A stretch of DNA of 64,000 nt, from positions 71,672,001 through 71,736,000 of the forward strand of contig NC_043000.1 of assembly GCF_006345805.1 (NCBI RefSeq), written 5' to 3'. Below, in pieces: positions 1 through 11,856 of this stretch (within the stretch, counting starts at the first letter, position 1; the number at the start of each line of letters is the position of its first letter). The position numbers and the translations under genes are program-made. This DNA comes from Octopus sinensis. Its lineage: Eukaryota. The notes under the pieces are model-generated. The model ran no database searches. It was not told where the DNA came from and was given only the letters and a program-made list of their open reading frames with translations.

Positions 1-1470
1 TGCCAGAACTAGAGAAGAAATTTCAGGTGTGGAAGCAAGGTCTTGAATCAAAGGGCTTTACAGTCAATTTAGCAAAGACCAAAGTCTTAGTAAGTAGGAA
101 AGCAGACAAATCACAAATCTTTTCAGTGAGATGTAGAAAAGGCATAGGTAGAAAATCCATAAGGTGTACCTGGTGCAAGCTATGGACACATAAGAGGTGC
201 AGCAATATCAGGGAAAATAGTTTTTGTGTGTGGTAGATGTACAGGTACATCATCATCATCATCATCGTTTAGCGTCCGCTTTCCATGCTAGCATGGGTTG
301 GACGGGTCAACTGGGGTCTGTGAAGCTGGAAGGCTTCGTCAGGCCCAGTCAGATCTGGCAGTGTTTCTACGGCTGGATGCCCTTCCTAACGCCAACCACT
401 CCGCGAGTGTAGTAGGTGTTTTTTACGTGCCACCTGCACAGGTGCCAGACAGAGCTGGCGAACGGCCACGAACGGATGGTGCTTTTACGTGTCACCGGCA
501 CGGGGTCAGGCGATGCTGGCAACGGACACGAACGGATGGTGCTTTTACGTGCCACCGACACGGGGCCAGACAGAGCTGGCAACCGGCCACGAACGGACGG
601 TGCTTTTACGTGTCACCGGCACGGGGGCCAGCCGAGGCTGGCAACGGACGCGAACGGATGGTGCTTTTTTAGATATGTACGGAAAATAGACTGTCAAATG
701 CCAGTGGGGATAGTTAGTAGACATCTGTTATCTAGTTGACCATGTCAGCAGTGGAAGTGGCTGCTCCAAGGGCATAGCTGCTAGAATAAGAATAGGCTGT
801 GCAAAGTTCCTGCATCTGTTGGTAACAAAGGGCCTCTCCCTCAGAGTGAAAGGCAGATTGTTTGATGTCTGTGTGCTATATGGCAGTGAAACCTGGACTG
901 TGACTTCAGAGGACTTGCAAAGACTTGAAAGAAATGAAACTAGTATGCTTCACTGGATGTGCAATGTCAGTGTGCATGAATGGCAGGGTGTAAGCATCTT
1001 GAGAGGCATAAGAGGCATCAGATGTGGTGTACAAGAGAGAAAACTGTGCTGGTATGGTCATATGATGCATATGGATGAGGGCAGCTGTGTAAAGAAGTGC
1101 TGATCACTAACTGCAGAAGGAACCTGTGGAAGAGGTAGATCCAAGAAGACATGGGACAAAGTGGTGAAGCAAGATCTTCAGCTGTTAGGTCTCACAGAGA
1201 CAATGACAAATGATTGAGACCTTTGGTAGTTTGCTGTGCTTGAGAAGACATGTCAGGCCAAGTGAAATTGTTGTCACAGACAGTGCTAGTGACACATAAA
1301 AGACACCCACTACACTCATAGAGTGGTTGGAATTAAGAAGGGCATCCAGCTGTAGAAACCAAGCCAAAATCAGACTGGGGCCTGGTACAGCTCTCTGGCT
1401 TACCAGTTCCCGTCAAACTGTCTAACCCATGCCAACATGGAAAATTGATACTAAATGATGATGCTAATGA
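1..1470 (+). mobile_element. Decayed RTE-clade LINE (RT C-terminal region to 3' tail), interrupted by an opposite-strand RTE 3' end at ~248-680
   Basis: ORF pieces KQGLESKGFTVNLAKTKVLV, RVKGRLFDVCVLYGSETW and LCWYGH resemble RTE ORF2. Ends in aaatgatgatg-like tail at ~1452-1470. Boundaries approximate. Confidence 0.85.
248..680 (-). mobile_element. 5'-truncated RTE 3' end with ~61-bp tandem units
   Basis: Begins (cat)n-cgtttagcgtccg, the reverse complement of the RTE tail also seen at 22841 and 44060-44092. Four units contain ttttacgtg(c/t)cacc. Confidence 0.8.
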
Positions 1471-2714
1471 TTACCAAATATAGTAATATTATTTGCCAGT
1501 GGTTTTGACTTTCAAATTGAATTTGAGGAAAGCTATCTGCTACAAAACCATTAAGAGGAATTGTGGAAGAATCAAGTTTTGTTGATATCAACATATACAC
1601 TTCATCTAATACCATCGATAATAATAAAACTAATTATGTACAGTCCAAGCAACTGCAATTAAATGAACAGCTGAAATTTGTCAACAATTTGCTCTCTCTA
1701 AAACAACAATTGATTCATTTCCATAACCCAGAAACTTTCAGTTATCAATATGATAAAATATATTTAGTGAGTTAGCTATTAGCACCACTAATAAAACAAC
1801 AAAAAAGGAAAGAGAAAAAACTATAAAACTCTTGGTAATTGGTTACAGTCTGACTTGAAACAGGAAACCTATCTCAATTTTCATTTAAAAAATAACCTTA
1901 ACATGTTATACCATATAAGTTATTTCAAAGAAAAACCATTGTCCAACATATAAACACTTGTGATTATATAATAAGGAAATTGATGACCAATTTTTGTTAG
2001 CTGGTTTATGAGGAGATACAAGTCCTGTCTTTCTGTGAGTTATTTCTCATGAAGCAGGATTAACCCTGCCTATACTCTTTCCAATAGAAGAATCCAGGAA
2101 ACATCACTACCCACTCCATGGATGGAACAATTAAAATCTTCCAAAATACCAATAAAAGAATCAAAAGAGGAAGCACAGAAATACTAGATGCATTATAAAA
2201 TCAAACCAACTGGATCAGATATACAGATGGGTCACACTCTGAGAATGGAGTAGTATTGTGGGGGTGCTTGAACCTTTCAAAATAATAATGCAAATATGAG
2301 CTTCAGATTGCATCATAATTTTACAATGTTTGATGCCAAGTGGTGAGGTATGATAATATCCTTAGATTCTGCCATATAAATTCCATGGAACATACAAAAA
2401 GGGTTCCTTCAGGCCAAGAACTATTCCAATGAAGAAAAAACAGTCAAATTGAAATAATTTTGAACATTATTCTGAAACTAGATAATTATTTAGTGGAAAA
2501 TAATAAGCAAGTAACAATTTTTTGACTATCAGAACATGCAGATATCAAGGGAAACAAGAAAGTAGATGAATTAGTAAAACAAGGAGTATAGATTATAGAT
2601 TATTTTACAAATCTTTCATGAGTTAAAATCATTCAGCAAAAGTTTAATTAGTCAAGTGGGGTGAATATGAGAAGAATCAAGAGATAAACAATTGAACTTT
2701 AATTCTCCATTATC

Positions 2715-4884
2715 TCAGCATTTGACTAGTGTTCTCTTCACTGTCTGCACCTGTCTTTCTATAAACCCATGGCCTTTGGGGTAGTGTGGAGATGAAGTTG
2801 TAATATTGACCCCATACTCATCGGCTAGCTTTTTGAATTCTTGTGATGTGAACTGGGTTCCCTTGTCACATATGATCTGCTCTGGTATTCCTTGCTCTGC
2901 TAGGAGTCCTCGAGCCACTGTAGTGATTGTTTTGCTTGTCAGGTCTTTCACTTTTCTCACAAATGGAAATTTGGAGTAGTAGCAGGCCATTATTAAATAC
3001 CATTCTTGGCCTTCTGTGAATAGATCTACTCCAATAGTTTGCCATGGCCTTCTTGGGATGTCACTAGATATCATTTCCTCCTTTTGTTGTGAGGTTTTGT
3101 ACTTTTGGCAGATGTGGCATGTAGAAACTGTCTTTTCTATGTCTTTGTACATGCGCTTATTGGTTGTCACATTTACAATGTGGTGGACCTTTCTGCTTAG
3201 TTCTTCCATCTCCTTTTTGTTTGTGATTTGTGGTCGATCTTTGATAGGCATATCACTGTCAATCCTGCTTGGAGCTGCTTTCACTTCAGCATTGATTGAT
3301 ACAATCTTTAGCTTTTTGAAGGTATTGAGTCCAAGAATTGCTGGGCCTTCTGTTCTTGTGACATAAAAAGAACACTTAATTAATTTTCCTTTGTGTCCCT
3401 GCGATAGTTGTTTTACCCAGTTGTGGAATCCTGGTTCCTCCATACGCAGTGAGGATTACATCACTTGGTGTGAGGATTCCTTGTTTGACTTTATCCTCTT
3501 TTGTTGTGTGTTCTGGGAACATCTTTTTGTAGAGGTTGACAGGTAAGATATTACTCTGGGCTCCAGTGTCAATCTTTAGTCTTAAGTCTATGTTTGTTCT
3601 TTTCCTTCCGGCCTTCTTTTGAATTCTTAGTCGTGTATGCCTCATCTTCTTTCTTCCGGTCGCCCTTTCCCATCTCATGCACATTTATTATGCCGACTGC
3701 CAATGATTCCTCCTCTGAGGTGTTTTGTTCCTGTTGTTGTTCATGTATATCCCTTCTATTTCTGCTCCTCTTTGAAAATTGGGGCTTGTATCTCTGGGAT
3801 TTTGTTACCCTACACATTTTTTTCCAGTGGTTAAGTTTTCCACATCCTTTGCAGTGTGTACCGAATGCAGGACATTTTTTCGGTTATTAAATTCATGCTC
3901 TATACCACAGTACCGGCATGTTCTTTGTTTGTGGGTTTGTGTCCCGTGCCTAGATACAGTATCTACACTGCTACCTAGTGGGCTTGTTTGTAAGCTTAGT
4001 GAGGCCATCTGTTTGGTAGTGGCTTCGAATGCTCTTGCAGTGTCTACTGCTTCTACCAACTGGAGAGTGTCCTTACCTATGAGGGATTTTTGCACTTCTT
4101 TGTAGGCACACCCCCATATTAATTGGTCTACAATTCTCTCCTCCCTGTCTTTGAATTTGCATTTCTCTGCAACATTTTTCAGTCTTGACAGGAAATTGTC
4201 AATTGTTTCTTGTGGGGCTTGTTTCAGGCCCTGGAATTCGTATCTGTGAATTCTATGGTTTGACCTGGGCTCTAGGTGCCTCTCAAATTTCTCAAGAAGT
4301 GTATCTGGGTTATTGCAGTCTGATTCTGACATATCCCAGCTATTGAATAGGTCTATTCCTTTATTACCTGACCACAGAAGGATATAGCTTACCTTCTCAT
4401 CGTCAGTTGTGCCTTTCAGGAAACTTTTGAAAGCTAGTTGAGTTTTCTGTTTAAACTTTTTAAATGCCTCCAAAATATCATTAGAATCCCAATTAATAAT
4501 CGGATGCAGATTCATCTGTACGGCGACGGGGGTCGCCATCTTGGAAAAGTTGTTTATGTTGTCCGAAGGCAAAGCAATGTTTTGTTTGTTAATTTCCTGG
4601 TTCGTTGTGTTTTAGATTTGTTGTAAAGGCACTGTTTCCGTTTAATTATTTACCGCTGCCACCATGTTATGCATAGTTTGCGTTCTTATGGGAAAGACAA
4701 CCAGTTGAAAACCATCGTTATTGTTTACGTGTTTATTTTCATTACTTGATACACGGACGACTACATTACAGCGTAGTAATACATTATATACTTTACACAC
4801 ACTTTGTACTGTTCACTAACAAATAGTGCCAAGAGTGGGGATGTGGTTTGGCATACGCAAACACATACATATGAATGTGTAACA
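2715..4884 (-). mobile_element. Ty3/gypsy-type LTR retrotransposon remnant: 5' LTR, PBS, gag, protease and integrase, with RT/RNaseH missing
   Basis: gag ORF 3805-4572 with Cys/His knuckle (CRYCGIEH...). Protease motif LKIDTGAQSNILP (3376-3684). Integrase PWQTIGVDLF...DKGTQF...SPHYPKGHGFIER (2715-3443). LTR 4665-4884 with tgtta...taaca ends. Confidence 0.9.
4651..4664 (-). promoter_or_regulatory. Primer-binding site of the gypsy element (TGGTGGCAGCGGTA)
   Basis: Immediately abuts the LTR end. Complementary to ...ACCGCUGCCACCA, the 3' end of animal tRNA-Leu as recalled from known sequence. Confidence 0.75.
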
Positions 4885-4889
4885 CTGCT

Positions 4890-6215
4890 TGATATATATA
4901 CAAAAAGTGTGGTAGAAACTCCATACTCCATACAGTGTACCCAGAGCAAACTATGGGCACATAAGAGATGAGCAGCTTCACAGGAAGTTGAACAGAGAAA
5001 GTAGTCTTTGTGTATGGCAAATGTGCAGTTATAATAAATACAAGGAATAGACTTCCTCAAAGTCTAGGGGAATCCTTAGAAGTAGTTGATAGCTTCTTAT
5101 TTCTTTATTGCCCACAATGGGCTGAACATAGAGGGGATAAAATAGGACAGACAAAGGGATTGAGTCAATTATATCGACCCCAGTGCATAACTGGTACTTA
5201 ATTTATCAACCCCGAAAGGACGAAAGGCAAAGTCGACCTCAGCGGAATTTGAACTCAGAACACAAAGACAGATGAAATGCCACTAGGCATTTCGCCTGGT
5301 GTGCTAACGTTAGCAGTAGAGGAGGAAGCTCTGAAAGCATAGTTGCAAGAATAAGAATGGGCTGGGCAAAGTTCAAAGTGCTGCTAACTTTGTGGATAAT
5401 GAAGGACCTCTTCTTCAAAGTAGAAGGCAATTTGTATGATGCATGTGTACAAATAGCTATGCTACATGGTTGTGAGACATGGAATGTGACTACTGAGGAC
5501 ATGTAAAGGCTTGAAAGAAATGAAGCCAGTATGCTCTGCTAGATGGGTAATGTTAGTGTGTATGTAGGACAGAATGTAAATGATTTAAGAGAAAAATTGG
5601 AAATAAGAGGCATCAGTTGTAGTGTGCAAGAGAAAAGACTGCACTGGTTTGGTAATGTGATATGTAAGGATGAGGACAGCTGCGTAAGAAGTGCTTATCT
5701 CCAATAGTAGAAGGGACATGTGGAAGGAATTGATCTAGGAAGATGTGAGATGAAGTGATGAGAAAGATCTTCAGATGCAGGGACTGAGACTTTTTCTGAT
5801 AATTTGCCATGCTTCAGAAGATATGAAAAGCTAAGTAAAATCATGGCCATCCATACATACAGACATGTTCCTCTGTCAGCTGAGAGGCCCTTGTTTTGCA
5901 GATGCTGGTATCATGTAAAAGCACCTGTGCCAGTACTACATAGAAAAGTAGCCATTTGGGGGTCACATAAAAAGGTCCTGTACTGGTGGTGTCACATATA
6001 AAGAACCTGTGCTGGTGCCAAGTATAAAGCACCCATGTCAGTGCCATGTATAAGGCGTCTGAGCCAGTTTCACATAAAAAACACACAGTACACTCTCTAA
6101 AGCGGGTAGCATTAGGAAGGGCATTCAGCCATAGAAACAATGCCAGAACAGACGATTGGAGCTGGCTGATCAGCTCATCAAACTGTCCAAGCCATGCCTG
6201 CATGAAAAACAGATG
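4890..6215 (+). mobile_element. Decayed RTE LINE fragment containing a SINE insertion
   Basis: GESLEVVDSF, RIRMGWAKF and LHWFG-like remnants. Same family as 1-1470. Confidence 0.75.
5100..5310 (-). mobile_element. tRNA-derived SINE
   Basis: Reverse strand reads tRNA-like head (gagttcaaattcc) followed by gcctttcgtcctttcggggttgataaattaagtaccag, a central domain recurring in other SINE copies in the window. Confidence 0.7.
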
Positions 6216-7864
6216 ATAGAATATTCAAATGTTAAACTATTTTGATATTGAAGAGTGAGCACATCCTAATGATTTCAGTGTTGTGTGCACACAGAAAAAT
6301 GTTTATCATACCTGGACAAAATTAATAAAACAATGATAATGAGTGTTGGCTTCAAATATGTTATATTCCTGTGAACTACACATTACTTCATGAATAGGTC
6401 CTATGTGATCACCTTTATGCTCTTGTGGAGCCAATTTAGAAATCATGTCTAAAATTACCAGTCTAAAAGTGGTATTAAAATGTCCTGCTAAGTTTGGAGA
6501 CGCACTTTATTTTCAGGAATCTCCCAACTAAAGATAAGTTCTTTCAATTCATGGAGGGTATAAAAAGTTTAACAAATACAAAAACTTATAACTGTTTTTT
6601 TACGTGTTCTTATTTCTGTCTTGTTTATATTTCGAAATTATTATTTTGTATAAGGGTTATTATATACCTTCATCTGTCAATCATTGCTTATCACCTTTAA
6701 ACTGACGTTTAAGTTGATGAAATAAATTTGACAAGATTATCTTAATATATATATATTGATTGTACCATTTCACAAAGATAAAGCATAAGCGAGATTGACG
6801 AAAGTTCTATCATTTCCTACAATATTACAGAGAAACCAAATGAAAACTAAGTTATATCCACTTCTCTCCCCTGTACTTTCATTTCGCTACCTGTTGTAGT
6901 GGTTGCTGTGACTCTTTATGCAACTGCCATCTGTGACTTTTATCTTGTTGAACTTACAGTTATTTTAATAGGTGAACAATCTACAAAATTGACGTCGACA
7001 TTTTTTGAAATTCTATCGAGGATTTATCTTGGTTTACCTCTGTATAGTAAATAGTATTTGCATCTATGAATGACCGGCCATTGATTGTCGCCATATGAAT
7101 GAAAGTGAATGAGTTTTTTTTAATAACTTTTCCTTTATTTCTCTTTGCTTGTTTCTGTATCTTTCTTTTAACTTGAAAGTCATATAAATATGTAAATTTT
7201 ATTAGCTTTATTGACTAAATAGTCCATTTCACATGATTAATTTCTAGACAAGTAACGGGAGAACTAGTGTTTATTTTACTATTATCTATCTGTTTATTGT
7301 AAGTGTGTTTTTTTTTATAAGAAAGAATAATTATGACTCCCTTGAACCCAGTTCGGTATCAGAACACTGGAGAAAAGGTAAACCTGTGCCTCCTTTCCTA
7401 ACACACGCACATATAAAATCGATGTTGTGATTGTATTTGTTAGTCAACCCCCGCCGTTTTCTCTCTCTTTTTTTTTTTCAGGAAATAAAATAGCACAACC
7501 CGCATGCATTTAATGGCATAAACCATTTTTAGATTTGAATGTAGGAATATGTAATAAAAAAAATAACTAAATGTTAGATTTATTTCTCTTTTGCATTTTA
7601 CTTCTGTTTAAATAAATGTACGGAATATTTTCCAAAAAAAGTGTATTTCGAAACTACCAAAAACACGCATAGTGCTGCATTTTCATTTGACAGCATATAT
7701 TTGAGAGGCTATTTTGCGGTTTAAGTAAGGTTAATTCATAATTGGCCATTCATGTTTTTTTTGTATCTTCGTCTTGATAGGTTCACTTATTGAGCAGTGC
7801 TAATCAAAGTCTCTTCTTCCGTCACACGACCAATTCCACATTTTCGAGCGCCCCAAGAAACATC

Positions 7865-9424
7865 ATGGCGTCGTTTTTCTTGCAAGCCGTTTTCGGACCA
7901 CGTCTTTACAGGATCCATAAACCTAATGAAGCGGAGAAGTACTATCATTCAAAATATTTAGAAGCTTTTGGAGACAAAATTATTTCTTCTACTCATATGA
8001 TATTAAGTTTTTCAAAATGGGCGTCACCTTTTATTATTCTCTATTTTTACCGTCATGGCTATTATACCAGTAACATGTTAGTGGTCGCTGTACGCTCCTT
8101 GTCCGGAGCTGCTGCAGTTTATCTGATGGCACTTGTTATCCGAGGTCTAGGACGGTATATGGATGCAGATTATATGGATTTTCAAAGAAGCTTGACTACA
8201 GCGAAATCTACTCCTTCGCGAAATAATATTCAAATGTTAAACTATTTTGATTTTGAACAGTGGGCACGTCCTTATGATTTCAGCGTCGTGTCCACTCAGA
8301 AAAATGCAAGGACCATTAAATCGGACAAAACTAATAAAACAGACATCAATGAAAAGTCTCTTTTGCAAAAAATAATGGATATTCCCATGTTAATGCTTGG
8401 TTATGTTTTTTTCAATGTCATGGGCAGAGCGCTCGTCTATCCCGGTTCCACTTGGGTAGTGAACAAAATGAACAGAAGCATGCTTTTATCGTATAGGGCA
8501 AAATTGGTGGAGGAAGATGGAGCGGTAAGAGCTCGAGTTGAGACTTTCGATAAAAACGGCATTGATACTGTATTTATTGACAACAGAAACAAGACCCTAA
8601 CAGGCCAGACTCTCGTTATATGCTGCGAAGGAAACTGTGGCTATTACGAAATTGGTATATTGTGTACTCCATTTGAAAAAGGATATTCTGTGCTAGGCTG
8701 GAACCACCCTGGTTTTGGAGAAAGTAGCGGGCATCCCTGCCCTAAAGAAGAACAAAATGCAATAGATTCGGTTATACAATATGCAATAGAAGGCCTTGGA
8801 TTTTTACCAGGAAATATAATAATATATTCTTGGTCTATCGGTGGTTATGTTGCAACATGGGCTGGAATGACTTACCCTGATTTAAAGGCATTAATAATTG
8901 ATGCATCCTTCGATCATCTACTGCCTCTTGCTATCACACGCCTGCCTGCCTTCATGGAAAGTTTTGTAACATTGTGTGTTCATAAATTTATGAACTTGAA
9001 CTTAGCAGAGCAAGTTGTGCACTATAACGGACCGATAATTTTGATTCGCAGAACTCACGATGAAGTAATTACAACTAGCACTCAACCAGACCTTCTTAGC
9101 AACCGTGGAAACCACCTTTTGACACACATATTAACTCATCGTTATCCTAATATCATTAAGAATGACACTTTACAAGAATGGTTGGGTTATTCTGGCGTAC
9201 AGAAAGCCACATGTCTGAGTGAACTAAACTATACAGAATGCTCCTTATATTTGAAGGAACTACCTAATTCTTTCCCGATAAAAGAAGGTATTGATTTAAC
9301 AAATGAGATGAAAAGACAGATGACAATATTTTTAGCTAATAAGTATATGATTGATTTTGCTGCCACTCACTGTATTCTGTTACCCACTTCTGTGTTCCAA
9401 GAACCGGAGTCTCTCCATTATTAA
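7865..9424 (+). CDS. ABHD16A: ABHD16A/BAT5-like alpha/beta hydrolase (phosphatidylserine lipase family), 519 aa, uninterrupted CDS
   Basis: Long intact ORF with N-term FGPRLY and motifs CCEGNCGYYEIG, LGWNHPGFGES, nucleophile elbow WSIGG, DASFD, RRTHDEVI and ATHC. First ATG in good context (atcATGg) at 7865. Confidence 0.9.
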   Translation: MASFFLQAVFGPRLYRIHKPNEAEKYYHSKYLEAFGDKIISSTHMILSFSKWASPFIILYFYRHGYYTSNMLVVAVRSLSGAAAVYLMALVIRGLGRYMDADYMDFQRSLTTAKSTPSRNNIQMLNYFDFEQWARPYDFSVVSTQKNARTIKSDKTNKTDINEKSLLQKIMDIPMLMLGYVFFNVMGRALVYPGSTWVVNKMNRSMLLSYRAKLVEEDGAVRARVETFDKNGIDTVFIDNRNKTLTGQTLVICCEGNCGYYEIGILCTPFEKGYSVLGWNHPGFGESSGHPCPKEEQNAIDSVIQYAIEGLGFLPGNIIIYSWSIGGYVATWAGMTYPDLKALIIDASFDHLLPLAITRLPAFMESFVTLCVHKFMNLNLAEQVVHYNGPIILIRRTHDEVITTSTQPDLLSNRGNHLLTHILTHRYPNIIKNDTLQEWLGYSGVQKATCLSELNYTECSLYLKELPNSFPIKEGIDLTNEMKRQMTIFLANKYMIDFAATHCILLPTSVFQEPESLHY

Positions 9425-11327
9425 ATGTTTTTAAAAAAAATTTATTGACCTATCCACCTGTGCACCTTGGTTCTATTGAAAAGATAGATCAAAGACTTTT
9501 CGGCCTCTGGTTTGTCTTAAATGCGAAATTCTTTTATATTCATTTACAACCGATGTACATTATTTATTGTTGTTATTGTTTATCATCTTAATAGGTCGAT
9601 AAAATTAGTACCAATAAGTACTACTGCGGTCGATTTAATCGACTAAGCTCCCCAAAACTGTGGTATTGTGCCGATATCTGAAATATGGCAGAAGCTGTAA
9701 ACCAAAAATATTTTTGCAGCATTCAGTTACGCCCCTTTACAAATCATGCCGGCTGCTTTGCCTTTTCGCACTTCCGGGATCGATAAAATAAGTACTAGTC
9801 AAATAATGATGTAAGTGTAATTGATTATCCCACATTTTCCCTAAACATTGTAACAATGTTTGAAATTTGACTTATCAGCATTTCTGGTATTTCCCTATGA
9901 CTGATGAGGCTCTGAATAATGTTACAGTTATACTAATATTGTATCAATATTATGTATATATCGGAAAATGAGAGGTAAACGAAATGCAAAGAACAAGGAA
10001 GTTCAGCCATTTCGGTTACATTAGAAGCTCTTATTTATTCATTGTATTCAGGATAACGTTACTGTTTTATACACCAGTCTGTCTTTTGTTAATATTTTTT
10101 TTTTCCTTATTCATCTATATTTTGTAATAATATTTTAAAAAACAACAATTATTTACAATATATATTTGTATGAAATGAAAGACCAATGCATTATTCTATA
10201 ATGATTAGTCTTGGTATTTCAACAAAATATTTTAAATGATATAAATTTCATGATTTGTGAATCAAAGTTCCACGCTATGCTTCTGAGCCAACTCACTGTC
10301 TCTTGAAAACTACATCTTCAGTTTCTACACAAACTTTTAAAAGAATTGCCTGTCTAAAAAAGTTACATAAAAATAAATTCTTTGGATTTGAAGAATTAAG
10401 TTTTTTTTTATCTGAAAGTTACTACTGTTGTTAGAATACTTTAATCAATCTCTCCAAATTTAATATTTACCATATCTTAAGCTTTGTTCTAATAATGATT
10501 TTAAGTAAATTTATTTCAATTCTGTGCTAATAAGGGGAAAATGTTATTTCTTTAAATCGGTGTTTGGCTAATTTTAACTAAACAAACGTTCTTTTTTGTT
10601 GATTCTTAGATTTTAAATGTTTAAAGGTAATTGATAACAAAAGTTGTAAACTTTCATTCGCCAAAAATTATATATTTTGTCTCTTTCAAAAATTACTGCG
10701 GATCAAAATTATATATTTATTTTGATTTCAGTAAATTCCAAGTAAAGAGAAACGTTGGAATATGTGATATCTGTGGCATGTTAATTTTTGTAAAAAAATT
10801 GGTTAATATTTTAACTTATACCAACAATAGCATCATCAAATCTGAGCGAACGAAGGGGCCTGTATGCTGTTGCTCGATCTTTTGGAAATAGCAGTCACAC
10901 TCCATCGTAAATAAGGATGGACACATTGGCTAATCTAACCCTACATACCACTAAAGAGGTGAGATGACTGCAATTGAAATGCCTTTAATCATGAATCTGT
11001 TTAGTTAGCACTGAGCTGGAGCTAAATATCATAAAATTTGTTGATCAGCTGACTATTATTCACCTCTGCCAGTTTGTGTAAACACTGATTTGTGATAGAT
11101 CACTGTAATTTATGGATTTAAAAAAAAGTTAATTTTATCTGTCCCATAGATGGGATAGATAAAAGTAAGCCTTATTTTTTGTTGTTTTAAATGTAACTTT
11201 TCAAAAAGTTTAGTATTGACATTAAGACAAAAAAAAAAAAAGGTGTGGTACATTCAAAATGGTGTTTATTTTATCTTATCGTATTGGAATGACCATTATA
11301 ATTTTATACACTGAATCAGTGTATAAA

Positions 11328-11856
11328 ATTGAGGTCAACATCAAATTTGTACAAATATAAACAGCATTAAAGCATATAGCAATCAGCAATTTTTATCTAT
11401 ATGTATGCATGCATGTAATAGGTGCTATATAACTCATCTCTCGTCTAGGACGCCCCACTGCTTTATAAACATTAGGTCCCAAGTTCAATCCCTACTGCAT
11501 AACATCTTGAGCAAATGTCACCCCATGCCATGTGAGTAAAGTTGAATAGACAGAAAAGTGTGTGACAAGGCTATACTTTTGAATTACAGCTACAATCGAA
11601 AGCTTTTCTGTCTATTCAACTTTACTCACATGGCATGGGGTGACATTTGCTCAAGATGTTATGCAGTAGGGATTGAACTTGGGACCTAATGTTTATAAAG
11701 CAAACTTCATAACCAGTCAGTTATTTTGGGGCGTCCTAGACGAGAGATGAGTTATATAGCACCTATTACATGCATGCATACATATAGATAAAAATTGCTG
11801 ATTGCTATATGCTTTAATGCTGTTTATATTTGTACAAATTTGATGTTGACCTCAAT
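11328..11856. repeat. Long inverted repeat (arms 11328-11558 and 11603-11856, 44-nt loop)
   Basis: Arms are reverse complements by eye apart from one ~23-nt indel. Confidence 0.95.

Noticed and set aside
298-689. Overlapping GC-rich ORFs and regularly spaced repeats that superficially resemble a CRISPR array
   Set aside because: Units are degenerate tandem repeats without unique spacers. They recur in every RTE 3' UTR in the window, and there are no cas genes.
1770-2700. Possible decayed LINE with an RNase H remnant (HADIKGNKKVDELVKQG-like at ~2535-2590)
   Set aside because: Too degenerate to bound or classify.
9425-9445. Short A run after the ABHD16A stop as a retrocopy poly(A) remnant
   Set aside because: Only 8 A, in an AT-rich background with many such runs. 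No TSD.
9901-9990. CTGATGAG as a further hammerhead core
   Set aside because: No stem II followed by GAAA could be formed.
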